DNA from: a virus
Direction: 5' to 3' (one strand)
Length of the DNA: 64,000 nucleotides
IMG/VR virus record: IMGVR_UViG_3300009605_006302
In this document: positions 31,148 to 40,153 of the stretch, piece after piece
How the letters are laid out: each line of letters opens with the position of its first letter
Numbering within the stretch: position 1 is the stretch's first letter
The notes under the pieces: model-generated
The model's database searches: none
The model's input: the letters and a program-made list of their open reading frames with translations, nothing else
Told to the model about the DNA's origin: nothing
Program-made: the position numbers and the translations under genes

Positions 31148-32512
31148 TTATGTAAATGATCCTAAATATTCCTCAGATCCGTCATAAAAATTGTCGAGTT
31201 CACGATAAGAGCCCCTGCCTGACCGGGGATTACTCTTTAAACGTTCATGAATATTTATCAAGGGTTGGTGTCCTAGTTCCTTACCTGGGCCGACTTTTCC
31301 ACGAATATCGTGTTCGGCACGTTCCGCGTTGAGAATTGCGTTCCAACTACCTTCAGCTGAACGCTCGACTCCTGATATTTCAGGTAATGTACGAAATCGA
31401 ATATCCTCATGAGCGAAGTTAAAATTCAAATTATTTGGTTCATCATCAAACTGATGGCCTGGATCACTGCGATTGCGTTTATAATGTCTATGACCAATTA
31501 CAGCAAGATTTTTAAGCTCGTTACTGCCAATTAACTCTCTTACGGCCGTAAATTGTCTTTGTGTGTGAGGATAAGATTCGCGGCCCGGATGACCGGTAAG
31601 GTCAATCCCAACACTTATCCTATTCATATGCCCGGCGTGCCATGGAGCATATCGTTCTGGAGGTGCCAAGAGAACAATTGTTCCATCCTCTAAAATCACA
31701 AAATTGGTACCAACGCGTCTTCCTAAACCATGACTAATCCAGCGCTGTACTGCGGCCGGGCCGTCTGGATAATGTCTCCCAGCTGTGCTGTGAATCACTA
31801 TTGTTGTAGCCCCTTCTAAGCTGTTCTCACGAGTATACCACGGGCCGGCGCCGCTGCGGAGCCTAGGCAGGTTGCCTACAGGAAAAGAACCAGCACTGGT
31901 GCCCAGTGGGGCCCCTGACGGGCCTGTTGCGCCTAGGGGGGCACCACACCGAGCAGCTGCATACGCAGCGGCAGACTCTAACCCCTCTGCTCCTAGGTTT
32001 ACCGATTGTTGACCAACAGCACCCAGAAAGATTGGACCTTCAAAGTTTTGTTTATCTTCAAAATCCAAATTAATAATGCTTCCAATAGCTGGAACTGGTA
32101 TCGTATCGTCCATTGCAATGAACGTTGGATACAAGTCAATTATTTGTTGACTTGGACCGTGTGACGAGCCCAGTTGTTCTGGATCGGGAATCATACAGTG
32201 CAATTCTGGTATTATACATTTTATGTGTACACGTACAGGTGCCGGCAGGCCTCGAAGTTCAGAATAATTAGCTACCGGGCCGGTGGGTGGAATCGATGGT
32301 AACTCCACTCTAAGAACCACGCCCTTCCAAGTACCCCTATTTGATAAAACATTTGCAGTATACTGCTCCCTCGCTGCATATTTTGCCGAACTTAAAAAAT
32401 CAACTTTGCGACGATCAATCCTGTCTTCTATAACTGGTCTATTTATCTTATTTAAAGCACCAATTTCGGCGCCTTGCAAGGGATTGTCTGCTATGCCGTC
32501 GCGTCTACTCAC
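31148..32512 (-). CDS. gp5-like OB-fold protein fused to an N-acetylmuramoyl-L-alanine amidase (Amidase_2)
   Basis: C-terminal IVIHSTAG...NFVILEDGTI...WHAG..N..SVGID...VIGHRHY...SDPG. The N-terminal GVVLRVE...VPAIGSIINLDFED resembles the gp5/VgrG OB-fold. Confidence 0.75.
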   Translation of the reverse strand: MSRRDGIADNPLQGAEIGALNKINRPVIEDRIDRRKVDFLSSAKYAAREQYTANVLSNRGTWKGVVLRVELPSIPPTGPVANYSELRGLPAPVRVHIKCIIPELHCMIPDPEQLGSSHGPSQQIIDLYPTFIAMDDTIPVPAIGSIINLDFEDKQNFEGPIFLGAVGQQSVNLGAEGLESAAAYAAARCGAPLGATGPSGAPLGTSAGSFPVGNLPRLRSGAGPWYTRENSLEGATTIVIHSTAGRHYPDGPAAVQRWISHGLGRRVGTNFVILEDGTIVLLAPPERYAPWHAGHMNRISVGIDLTGHPGRESYPHTQRQFTAVRELIGSNELKNLAVIGHRHYKRNRSDPGHQFDDEPNNLNFNFAHEDIRFRTLPEISGVERSAEGSWNAILNAERAEHDIRGKVGPGKELGHQPLINIHERLKSNPRSGRGSYRELDNFYDGSEEYLGSFT

Positions 32513-32805
32513 TATGCTACGTCCTTAACCTCTTTGATAATATCAAACAGTTCATCTTTGTCTTTATTGGTCAAGCCTTCGTCCTTGCCTTGTTTTTTCT
32601 GCAAGAGCGATACAATCTTCACAAGTTGTTCATTGGATCGTTGAAGAGTTTCAACGTATTTGGCTGCAACAACACCAACTTCCCTATGTTTATCATCTCC
32701 GGTAGACATATAGTTTACCAGTTCTTTAAGAAGCTTCTTTGTTGTCTTTCGATCTTCTCGAATATTGCTTATAGCTTCACCGAGATACATTTCTAGCTTT
32801 ATCAT
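32512..32805 (-). CDS. Hypothetical helical protein
   Basis: 97 aa with a GGAGG SD and a 1-nt overlap with the next gene. Confidence 0.7.
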   Translation of the reverse strand: MIKLEMYLGEAISNIREDRKTTKKLLKELVNYMSTGDDKHREVGVVAAKYVETLQRSNEQLVKIVSLLQKKQGKDEGLTNKDKDELFDIIKEVKDVA

Positions 32806-32836
32806 GGTTTACCTCCACGATGTAATTAGAAATGAA

Positions 32837-33532
32837 CTAAATTTCTCCCTTGTTCCATTTTTTCCTGAACTCTCTATATTTTATTCTCATTTTGTTCAAA
32901 TTGTTGACAATCTGCTTTGTGTTCAAGCCGGTGATCTCTCTCATATACAAATAAACTGCTTTTTTGTTGAAAATTTCAATGTCATCCGAAGATTCGAAAA
33001 GAATTTTAATTGCCTGCAACACTTTGTATTCGTTAGGTTTTAAAGCGCCAGTGTCCCAGGATTTTACTTCTATATAAAAGCTTTCCCAAAATTCTTCTTT
33101 TTCTCTGCGAGTCTCATATTGATTATATGTGACAAGCTTTTCGTGAACTAAGCTTCTGGGTACGTCATATATGTCTATTTCTTGTCTATTCTTTTTAGCG
33201 TTCTTTTTGACTTTATGAATAAACCAGTTTTTTGTGATTACAGAAAAATAAGAAAAAGCTTTTGAGCCTTTGTTGGGGTCATATTTATCAAGAATCATGG
33301 TGAGCCACACCTTGCATTCATCACGAAGCTCATCAATGTTTGGAAGAGACGTAAATTTATAAGTAAAAACTATTTTATCAACCATCTCATTGAAAGCCGG
33401 CTGAATAAAGTCAATATATAACCGCGTTCTTTCTTTTATACAGTCGCTATTGGCGTATTGTACTATCGCATCTTCATGAACCTGTGTAAAATAGTGCTTT
33501 TTATTCGGCTTCTTCGAATTCTTCTTCGACAT
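32837..33532 (-). CDS. Phage RNA polymerase sigma factor (late, gp55-like)
   Basis: 231 aa. The region-2 pattern DELRDEC...ILDKYDPNKGSKAFSYFSVITKNWF and the C-terminal LYMREITGLNTKQI resemble phage late sigma factors. Lies just upstream of the structural module. Confidence 0.75.
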   Translation of the reverse strand: MSKKNSKKPNKKHYFTQVHEDAIVQYANSDCIKERTRLYIDFIQPAFNEMVDKIVFTYKFTSLPNIDELRDECKVWLTMILDKYDPNKGSKAFSYFSVITKNWFIHKVKKNAKKNRQEIDIYDVPRSLVHEKLVTYNQYETRREKEEFWESFYIEVKSWDTGALKPNEYKVLQAIKILFESSDDIEIFNKKAVYLYMREITGLNTKQIVNNLNKMRIKYREFRKKWNKGEI

Positions 33533-33851
33533 ATAACCCCTCTCTTTCGAACAATTTTTCCAAACTTACATCTTCATCATCATGAAACAGAGTGTAGATA
33601 TCCTTATATATCTCGACATCTTTTACAATTTGTTGTGAATGATTGATTAAATTCTTTAACGTTGCATCGCCATAAAAAGTTTCAAGTTCATGTACAGATT
33701 CCAAATGTTTAGAAAATCCAGTGACAGAAGACAACAAATCTCCTATATTTTCAGATAAAAATGCAAATTTTCTGAGAAGCCATCGAAGATAAACCATCAA
33801 AAAGATGTTTAATGCAACAGACAGTGCTAATAATATTGTTATAATAATCAT
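33501..33851 (-). CDS. Membrane-anchored hypothetical protein
   Basis: 116 aa: an N-terminal hydrophobic helix (IIITILLALSVALNIFLMVYL), then a helical region and an acidic tail. Confidence 0.65.
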   Translation of the reverse strand: MIIITILLALSVALNIFLMVYLRWLLRKFAFLSENIGDLLSSVTGFSKHLESVHELETFYGDATLKNLINHSQQIVKDVEIYKDIYTLFHDDEDVSLEKLFEREGLYVEEEFEEAE

Positions 33852-34093
33852 TTGTATTCTACCTTCTTTAACCTTTTCTTTTCTGCGGCAACCTCTGTTT
33901 TAGTCTCTTCGATATGTTTATCGACAAGTTTGCCGGCGCGTTCTTTCTCGGAGAACACAAAGGGCATCGAAGGAACACGTTTTAAAGTTCCTTCCGACTT
34001 ACACTCTTTACAGTCGGTTAGCTTTTCTTTGATTGAATGAACCGTTTGATATGATTTGTTGCACTTCTCACACAAATAAACATATCTAGGCAT
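33848..34093 (-). CDS. FmdB-family zinc-ribbon protein
   Basis: MPRYVYLCEKC...DCKECKSEGTLKRVPS, the typical MP.Y.Y.C..C...C..C pattern. Confidence 0.85.
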   Translation of the reverse strand: MPRYVYLCEKCNKSYQTVHSIKEKLTDCKECKSEGTLKRVPSMPFVFSEKERAGKLVDKHIEETKTEVAAEKKRLKKVEYK

Positions 34094-34262
34094 CTTGCTT
34101 AACTTCCACTAGTGGTGGATTTATAATAATTAGCTCACTTTGTGACGGACCCGTGACTGCAAAATCGAATCCCCTAAGAACTTCGGTAATGTCGCTCTGC
34201 TCCATTAACGATTTTTGTAGAGCCATCATAATAGCCCCCATTGCTTGATTAGATAATTTCAT
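34086..34262 (-). CDS. Small hypothetical protein (58 aa, below the ORF-track cutoff)
   Basis: GGAG SD. Reads MKLSNQAMGAIMMALQKSLMEQSDITEVLRGFDFAVTGPSQSELIIINPPLVEVKQDA* and exactly fills the gap between neighbouring genes. Confidence 0.7.
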   Translation of the reverse strand: MKLSNQAMGAIMMALQKSLMEQSDITEVLRGFDFAVTGPSQSELIIINPPLVEVKQDA

Positions 34263-34275
34263 TTCATTCTCCTTT

Positions 34276-35217
34276 TTATCTTAAAATATTTTTTGCATTA
34301 GTATAGGGATCTTGAAAATCAACGATTTTAAGGGCCCGTACAATTTCGTCTATGCCCTCCTCAATTGTTATTGTCGTCTTGAACCCTAATTTGTTTATCT
34401 TCTCATAGCTCACTATATAATCTCTCTTATCTGCATCAGAACCAATCTCCTCGTAATGCACAAACGCATTGGTTCTCTCCGCAATCATGTTACACACAGC
34501 CTCCTTGCTGTAATTCATTGATGCATCACCAACATTGTAGACATTATTGATCATCTTATCCAGATTCTGCAAGGCGAATATAAACGAATTTGCCATATCT
34601 GCAACATGTATAAATGTTCTCATAAAGTCTTTTTCATAAACTACCAAATAACCATCCTTCATGCACTTGTTGGTGAAATCGTTTATAAGTAAATCCAATC
34701 TAAGCCTTGGAGATATACCAAACGCAGTGGCGAATCGATAAGCTATGGAGTTGTTCCTCTCCAGCAACATCTTCTCTGCTTCGGTTTTTGTATAACCATA
34801 CAAGCTCAGAGGATTAAGTGGCGTTTCCTCTGTGCAAACGCCATCGACTGTGCCATAGTTACTGCCCGTCGAGCCATATAAGATCACCTGATCGGGCGTG
34901 CAGGCTTCTATCAAGTTGACGGTGCCTTGGACATTAACTTCTTTGGTTAGTTGGGGATTGTTCTTGCAAGCCGGAAACCCGACAATCGCTGCCAAGTGTA
35001 TTACAACATCGTTTCCTTCGACAGCCGACTTTAGTTCTGGGGCCATTCTAATGTCCCCTCTCACAAAATTAAAGTTTTTAAATCTAAAAAATGGAAGAAG
35101 TTGATTCCCCCCAAACATTAAATTATCAAACACTGTCACTTCATGCCCAGCTTCCAAAAGCTTAGGCATTAGTGTGGTACCAACATACCCGGCGCCGCCG
35201 GTTACTAAAATTTTCAT
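34276..35217 (-). CDS. NAD-dependent epimerase/dehydratase (extended SDR)
   Basis: ILVTGGAGYVG, HLAAIVG and YGYTK (YxxxK). Confidence 0.9.
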   Translation of the reverse strand: MKILVTGGAGYVGTTLMPKLLEAGHEVTVFDNLMFGGNQLLPFFRFKNFNFVRGDIRMAPELKSAVEGNDVVIHLAAIVGFPACKNNPQLTKEVNVQGTVNLIEACTPDQVILYGSTGSNYGTVDGVCTEETPLNPLSLYGYTKTEAEKMLLERNNSIAYRFATAFGISPRLRLDLLINDFTNKCMKDGYLVVYEKDFMRTFIHVADMANSFIFALQNLDKMINNVYNVGDASMNYSKEAVCNMIAERTNAFVHYEEIGSDADKRDYIVSYEKINKLGFKTTITIEEGIDEIVRALKIVDFQDPYTNAKNILR

Positions 35218-35990
35218 GTAAGGTTGCCCCTCTCGCGCTCTGTCTTTACAAAATTTGACAAATCTTCAACTATTTCTTGTTCGCTGTAGAGATAATCTGA
35301 TTGTAAATCCCAATATTTGGAATGTTTCGTTTTCATGTTGTAATGCACCAAGTTTGCTGCCGGCAATTCTTCCGGATCTTTCGAGAAAACCTCTCTAGTC
35401 AGGTCCCCTATCTTTATGGGAGATGACGAAATGTTTAATATTCTCAACCCATTGCTTAGTGCTATTTCTATATCTTTTGACAAATTATCTAAATTATAAA
35501 ACTGCATATAACTAAGCTTATTTGGGGCGTAACCATATCCCCCCCTTATCGCATCATATATGAAATTCTTTTTAAGACCTTTGCCAAATATCGATGGCAA
35601 CCTAACTACCAAAGAGTCAAACTTTTTCAACGCATGTAACTCTAACATCCGGCGGTGGCGACCATATGGTCTTAAGTTATCAATTTCTATATCACAATCT
35701 TCATCAACAGAGTCCAAATTATCGTAGACCCCTATTGTTGATATTAGAACCAACTTTTTAAACCTAGTATTATTTAAACTATCTATCAAACTCTCAACAG
35801 AAGATAAGTCTTGTTTGGGGTTTTGATTGGCATACCACTTTACTCCAGGGGTGCCGGCACAGTATAAAGTGTCAATGCGTTCTCCTCGAATATCGTCAAT
35901 GTTTTCAGAATTATAATGAGAACTAAAATCCACTTGATTCATTAAATTGGAGCCGACGAACCCTGTATGTCCAATAAGTGCCCTATCCAT
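35214..35990 (-). CDS. NAD-dependent epimerase/reductase (SDR)
   Basis: Start refined to MDRALIGHTGFVGSNL (ATG at 35990). LISTIGVY; catalytic region YGRHR. Confidence 0.8.
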   Translation of the reverse strand: MDRALIGHTGFVGSNLMNQVDFSSHYNSENIDDIRGERIDTLYCAGTPGVKWYANQNPKQDLSSVESLIDSLNNTRFKKLVLISTIGVYDNLDSVDEDCDIEIDNLRPYGRHRRMLELHALKKFDSLVVRLPSIFGKGLKKNFIYDAIRGGYGYAPNKLSYMQFYNLDNLSKDIEIALSNGLRILNISSSPIKIGDLTREVFSKDPEELPAANLVHYNMKTKHSKYWDLQSDYLYSEQEIVEDLSNFVKTERERGNLT

Positions 35991-37113
35991 AGTTCCTAAC
36001 CACGTCAATAATCCTAGAAAACCCCCCATCCGTTAAATCTAAATGTAGTGGGAGCAATATTGTGTCCTTGTCTGCTCTTTCCAAATTGGGCAAATCCGTT
36101 CTTAACCCCCCAAATATATCATATATGTCATTTCGCCTGTTGTTCACATTTACTTGAATACCGTTTTCCCACATGTAGTGAGCAAATTTCCTCCGTTTAT
36201 GTACATGCACAGGAAATATCTGATAATTTGGAACCCTGTCGTCCTTATAATTTATTAATTTGATATTGGACAAGTCAGACAGCCCTTTTCTATAAGCCTC
36301 TCCTATCTCTCTTCTCCTAAAGAGTGCTGTGTCTAATTCTTCCATAGCAACGCACGCTAATGTAGCTGTTATGTCGTTCATGTTCATTTTAAACCCCAAA
36401 CCATCCGGATGGGCAGGAAGTGGATCCAAAATGTCCGTTTTCTTGGCGTCCCTGTCGATACCATACCACACCTTTTTCTTTAATGAATTATAAATATCTT
36501 CTCTTGTGGTCGTAACGACTCCACCGTCACCACATGTGACAATCTTAACACACTGAAAAGAAAAACAGGCAACATCGCCTGTAGAACCAATTGGGTGGCC
36601 CCTGTATTCTGTGCCCATAGCGTGGGCGCTATCTTCAATAATGGGCAAATTATATTTTTGACCAACTTGGCGGATTTCCTCCAGATCTGCAGAGTTCCCA
36701 GCATAATGTACACACATAATCGCTTTTGTCTTATCAGTTATCTGTTTTTCAATGCTGATCGGATCAATGTTCAGTGTATCGTATTGGATATCTGCAAATT
36801 TTGGAATTGCCCCCATTTCTAAAATGGATGTATTCGTCGCGATGAAGGTATAGGGAGTACTCACTACCTCGTCACCATAGCCAACGCCCAAAGCCGCAAG
36901 GGCTGCCTTTAGAGCACTTGTACCGCTTGTACATGCAACAGCATATGGGGCCTTAAATTTTTCACAGATTTTTTGTCTGAACTCTTTTTCTTTTTTGCCG
37001 GTATTAATCCATGTAGATTTTAGTGTTTTTTCTACTTCTTTCGCTGCACGTTCTGGTACATTAACAGACCATGTTCTTATTTCTTGGCCTATTACATAGT
37101 CCTTATTTGCCAT
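35983..37113 (-). CDS. DegT/DnrJ/EryC1/StrS PLP-dependent sugar aminotransferase
   Basis: SGTSAL, IIEDSAHA and SFQCVKIVTCGDGG, with the PLP lysine retained. Confidence 0.92.
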   Translation of the reverse strand: MANKDYVIGQEIRTWSVNVPERAAKEVEKTLKSTWINTGKKEKEFRQKICEKFKAPYAVACTSGTSALKAALAALGVGYGDEVVSTPYTFIATNTSILEMGAIPKFADIQYDTLNIDPISIEKQITDKTKAIMCVHYAGNSADLEEIRQVGQKYNLPIIEDSAHAMGTEYRGHPIGSTGDVACFSFQCVKIVTCGDGGVVTTTREDIYNSLKKKVWYGIDRDAKKTDILDPLPAHPDGLGFKMNMNDITATLACVAMEELDTALFRRREIGEAYRKGLSDLSNIKLINYKDDRVPNYQIFPVHVHKRRKFAHYMWENGIQVNVNNRRNDIYDIFGGLRTDLPNLERADKDTILLPLHLDLTDGGFSRIIDVVRNYG

Positions 37114-38032
37114 GCAACACCTCCCTATAGTACTTGACTGTTTCTTCTATTCCCTTCTCATGGTTGTAAAACTGAAAATCACCCACAATTTCATCCATTT
37201 TCCCAACCTTTAAAATTTTAATTGCGGCGCCGTCTTGATAATCAGTGTTAAATACCAAATCCCCTTCAAACCCAACTGCTTTGGAAATATATTGAGCGGT
37301 TTCTTTAATAGAATATCCTTTACCTTGAGCTAGATTGATAGGTTCAATTAATTCTTGATTATTCTCTGCTGCCTTGAGCATAATCTCACAAACGTCATCG
37401 ATAAAGATCCACTCCCTTATGGGACTTCCTGTACCCCAAATCTCAAACTCCGATGCAGACTCTTTTTGACAATCTAACATTCTTATAATCATTCCATTCA
37501 ATGCATGCACCTTGTTGGGATCCGTACTATCGCCCGGGCCATAGATCCCGGGCAACATCAGATTCACGCTCTTAACCCCATATTGCATACTGTAACATCT
37601 TGATAGAAAATACAAGATTCTCTTAAAATTTCCAAATGAAAACACAGAGGGATGAACAGGACCAGATAGCCACTCATCTTCGTCTTGTAAAGTTGATCCG
37701 TCGGCATAACAACAATTTGAAATAGGATTGATTATTATAGCTTTTGGAAAAACACGATTAACTACCTTATACAAGTTTATCGCCATGAGGCTGTTATCAG
37801 TTATAACCTCGGCAGCTTTAGCGGTAACATAGTGTACACTGCCAACGTTGGCTGCAAGGTTATAAATTACACCCACATTGCCAATGTCACCTACAGCCTG
37901 AAGAAAACTATCATAGTCTCTCAAATCACACTCAGCAGTAGACAAACCCACCACATCGTGTCCCCTATCAGCTAAAAACTTAGATAAGCTCTTCCCAACG
38001 AAGCCGGTATGGCCCAAAATTAAAGATTTCAT
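37103..38032 (-). CDS. GDP-L-fucose synthase-like SDR (epimerase/reductase)
   Basis: Start refined to MKSLILGHTGFVG (ATG at 38032). NLAANVG, IYGPGD..DPNKVHAL, EIWGTGSPIREWIFIDD and FNTDYQDG follow the Fcl/WcaG pattern. Confidence 0.8.
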   Translation of the reverse strand: MKSLILGHTGFVGKSLSKFLADRGHDVVGLSTAECDLRDYDSFLQAVGDIGNVGVIYNLAANVGSVHYVTAKAAEVITDNSLMAINLYKVVNRVFPKAIIINPISNCCYADGSTLQDEDEWLSGPVHPSVFSFGNFKRILYFLSRCYSMQYGVKSVNLMLPGIYGPGDSTDPNKVHALNGMIIRMLDCQKESASEFEIWGTGSPIREWIFIDDVCEIMLKAAENNQELIEPINLAQGKGYSIKETAQYISKAVGFEGDLVFNTDYQDGAAIKILKVGKMDEIVGDFQFYNHEKGIEETVKYYREVLHGK

Positions 38033-38325
38033 TCTCCTCCTCTCAATCTTCCAGTTAAAATGTCCTTTAACATAATCCAATCACAAGCTTTTGCCCACAG
38101 CGGATTCCCAAAGGCAGCTGGCCTATTCTTTTCAAAAAAATAATGACCAGACCATGCAAATGGATAAACCACAAATGGGATCAATGGGATCAAAAGCCAA
38201 TGTGAATTATAAAATACAAAAACTGTGAACATAATTGTGAATAGCTGCCCTAGAACGTGCAGCCTACGACACCACTTGTTTTGATGCAATGTTAAATAAT
38301 ATTGATAATATTGTCTAAATGTCAT
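38029..38325 (-). CDS. Mpo1-like / DUF962 membrane protein
   Basis: YLTLHQN..CRRLHVLG...FAWSGHYFFEKNRPAAF..PLW matches the DUF962 His motifs. Confidence 0.8.
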   Translation of the reverse strand: MTFRQYYQYYLTLHQNKWCRRLHVLGQLFTIMFTVFVFYNSHWLLIPLIPFVVYPFAWSGHYFFEKNRPAAFGNPLWAKACDWIMLKDILTGRLRGGE

Positions 38326-38379
38326 TCCAATCCACTAATTGTTCCACCCATTTGTGTATTTTATAAATCTCACGAGATT

Positions 38380-38688
38380 TCATTTTTCCTCCTTAAAAAA
38401 AACTTCTGTATTCATGACTTTATCACATATAAACAAATCATATATTGGCTTTCCAAGCTCAAGTTTATGATACTTGACTCCCCACTCTTTAAATTGATTT
38501 TCCGTCACACTTCTCCAATCTAAACCGGTACCAGTTCCGCGGGCGGTCCAATAAACAATAGTGTTGCCCTCGTCATATAGTTCATTTATCTTGCCAATTC
38601 GATCAAAATTTGGTTTTGCCTTAGAATAATTTCTATCTGGCGAAGAAATGCAGATTGTTTCATCGATGTCAACATATATTATCATCAA
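38380..38688 (-). CDS. Small HAD-superfamily phosphatase (capsule-biosynthesis type)
   Basis: YVDIDETIC (DxD), YWTARG and GKP..DLFICDK. Confidence 0.8.
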   Translation of the reverse strand: MMIIYVDIDETICISSPDRNYSKAKPNFDRIGKINELYDEGNTIVYWTARGTGTGLDWRSVTENQFKEWGVKYHKLELGKPIYDLFICDKVMNTEVFFKEEK

Positions 38689-39506
38689 ACACCTCGCAAG
38701 CTTTTTCGCTTTTCTAACTCAGAACCAAAAACCTCTCTCGGGCCCTTCTCTCCAATTGATTTTTCAACGTTTCGTATTCCATTTACCAGTTTCATCAATC
38801 CAATTGGCTCAACTGATGCCAACTGATCACTACCCCACATTGTCCTATCCAAGGTAATGTGTCTTTCTATCCAAGAAGCTCCCAAAGCTGCAGCAGCAAA
38901 TGTCGTAACTAGTCCATATTCGTGGCCGCTATATCCAATTTCTTTATTTGGATATTTTTCTTTTAAATGCTGTATGTAAGATAAGTTTAATTCTTCTATA
39001 TTGGAGGGGTAGGACGAATTAGTGTGCATAATGACGTCTGGATTGCAAGCCTCGACGCATTTTTCTATTTCTTCCTCTGTGCTCATACCAGTAGAAATTA
39101 TAAGAGTTTCACTATGCTCTCTCGCATATTTGCAAAGCTCTAAATTAGTTATTAGTGCAGATGGAATTTTCATAATTGATTCTTTATATTCACTGCAGAA
39201 ATCCACCGAAGGCAAATCCCACACAGAAGAAAACCATTTAATATTTTTAGATTTACAATGTTTGTCTATTGCAACAAAGCCGGCGTTTCCAAACTCAATC
39301 TTTTTTTTATAATTAATATATTTCATCTCTCCCCAAGGAGTCTGACGTAACAGATCTTGTTGTTTTTTTGGAACACATAAATCCGGAGAGCGCTTTTGAA
39401 ACTTAACATAATCACAGCCGGCAATAGCTGCGACATCGATTAGTTTTTTTACAATGGGTAATGAACCATTGTGGTTGATTCCAATTTCTGCAACAATGTT
39501 TATCAC
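38685..39506 (-). CDS. neuB: N-acetylneuraminate/nonulosonate synthase (NeuB/SpsE family; no C-terminal SAF domain)
   Basis: AEIGINHNG, VKFQKR, KIPSA, ISTGM, HTNSSYP, GYSGHE and IERHITLDR.MWGSD. Confidence 0.92.
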   Translation of the reverse strand: MINIVAEIGINHNGSLPIVKKLIDVAAIAGCDYVKFQKRSPDLCVPKKQQDLLRQTPWGEMKYINYKKKIEFGNAGFVAIDKHCKSKNIKWFSSVWDLPSVDFCSEYKESIMKIPSALITNLELCKYAREHSETLIISTGMSTEEEIEKCVEACNPDVIMHTNSSYPSNIEELNLSYIQHLKEKYPNKEIGYSGHEYGLVTTFAAAALGASWIERHITLDRTMWGSDQLASVEPIGLMKLVNGIRNVEKSIGEKGPREVFGSELEKRKSLRGV

Positions 39507-40153
39507 CTTCTATTTTCTCCTTTAAAGTTATTGAAATCCTTTAAATAATCCACATCAAATATCTTATTTTCCAGTGAATAAAAGAGTGTATCTTCGCAGT
39601 ATAAATTCTTATCTAACTCGTCCACCGCTTTGGATTTTACAATCACCACATAGTGACACACTTCGAAACACGCTGGGTAGTCCTGTCTTCTGTAAAGTTT
39701 ATGATTGACCACTTTTGCGCCTCTATAATTATCCAGCGTATAATAACTCATATAAGGGTGGTTTCCAATACTTTTTCCACAGAGCAAAGAATTGGCTTGA
39801 TTTTCCAAATAAAAATCATATATTCTTTCAACTTCTTCAAACTTTCTCTGTGGATACGTTAGATACAAAGTAATCAGATCTTGATCGGATGTAATATTGA
39901 AGTTTTGTATCACATCCTTTATGACAAACTTCATACTGGTGTCATCTCTTGATAGTTCAGGACCCCTTTGCAGGGTCTTAAAACCGTACTCTTCTGCACG
40001 ATGTATCAATTCCTCATCATCAGTAGTAACAATTGTACGATCACATAAGTATTTAGGTATTTGCCGAGCAGTATAATCAAATAGGTATCTATTCTTATTA
40101 GGAAACCCCTTTGAATTTTTGCGAGCAGGTATTGTTATCCAAAAATTTTTCAC
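39503..40153 (-). CDS. neuA: CMP-nonulosonate synthetase (acylneuraminate cytidylyltransferase)
   Basis: IPARKNSKGFPNKN, VTTDD, RGPELSRD, LYLTYPQR and RRQD..DVD. Confidence 0.88.
   Translation of the reverse strand: MKNFWITIPARKNSKGFPNKNRYLFDYTARQIPKYLCDRTIVTTDDEELIHRAEEYGFKTLQRGPELSRDDTSMKFVIKDVIQNFNITSDQDLITLYLTYPQRKFEEVERIYDFYLENQANSLLCGKSIGNHPYMSYYTLDNYRGAKVVNHKLYRRQDYPACFEVCHYVVIVKSKAVDELDKNLYCEDTLFYSLENKIFDVDYLKDFNNFKGENRR

Noticed and set aside
38315-38383. 22-codon ORF MKSREIYKIHKWVEQLVDWNDI* with a GGAGG SD, between the HAD and DUF962 genes
   Set aside because: Too short to support and has no motif. It may only be a translational-coupling spacer.
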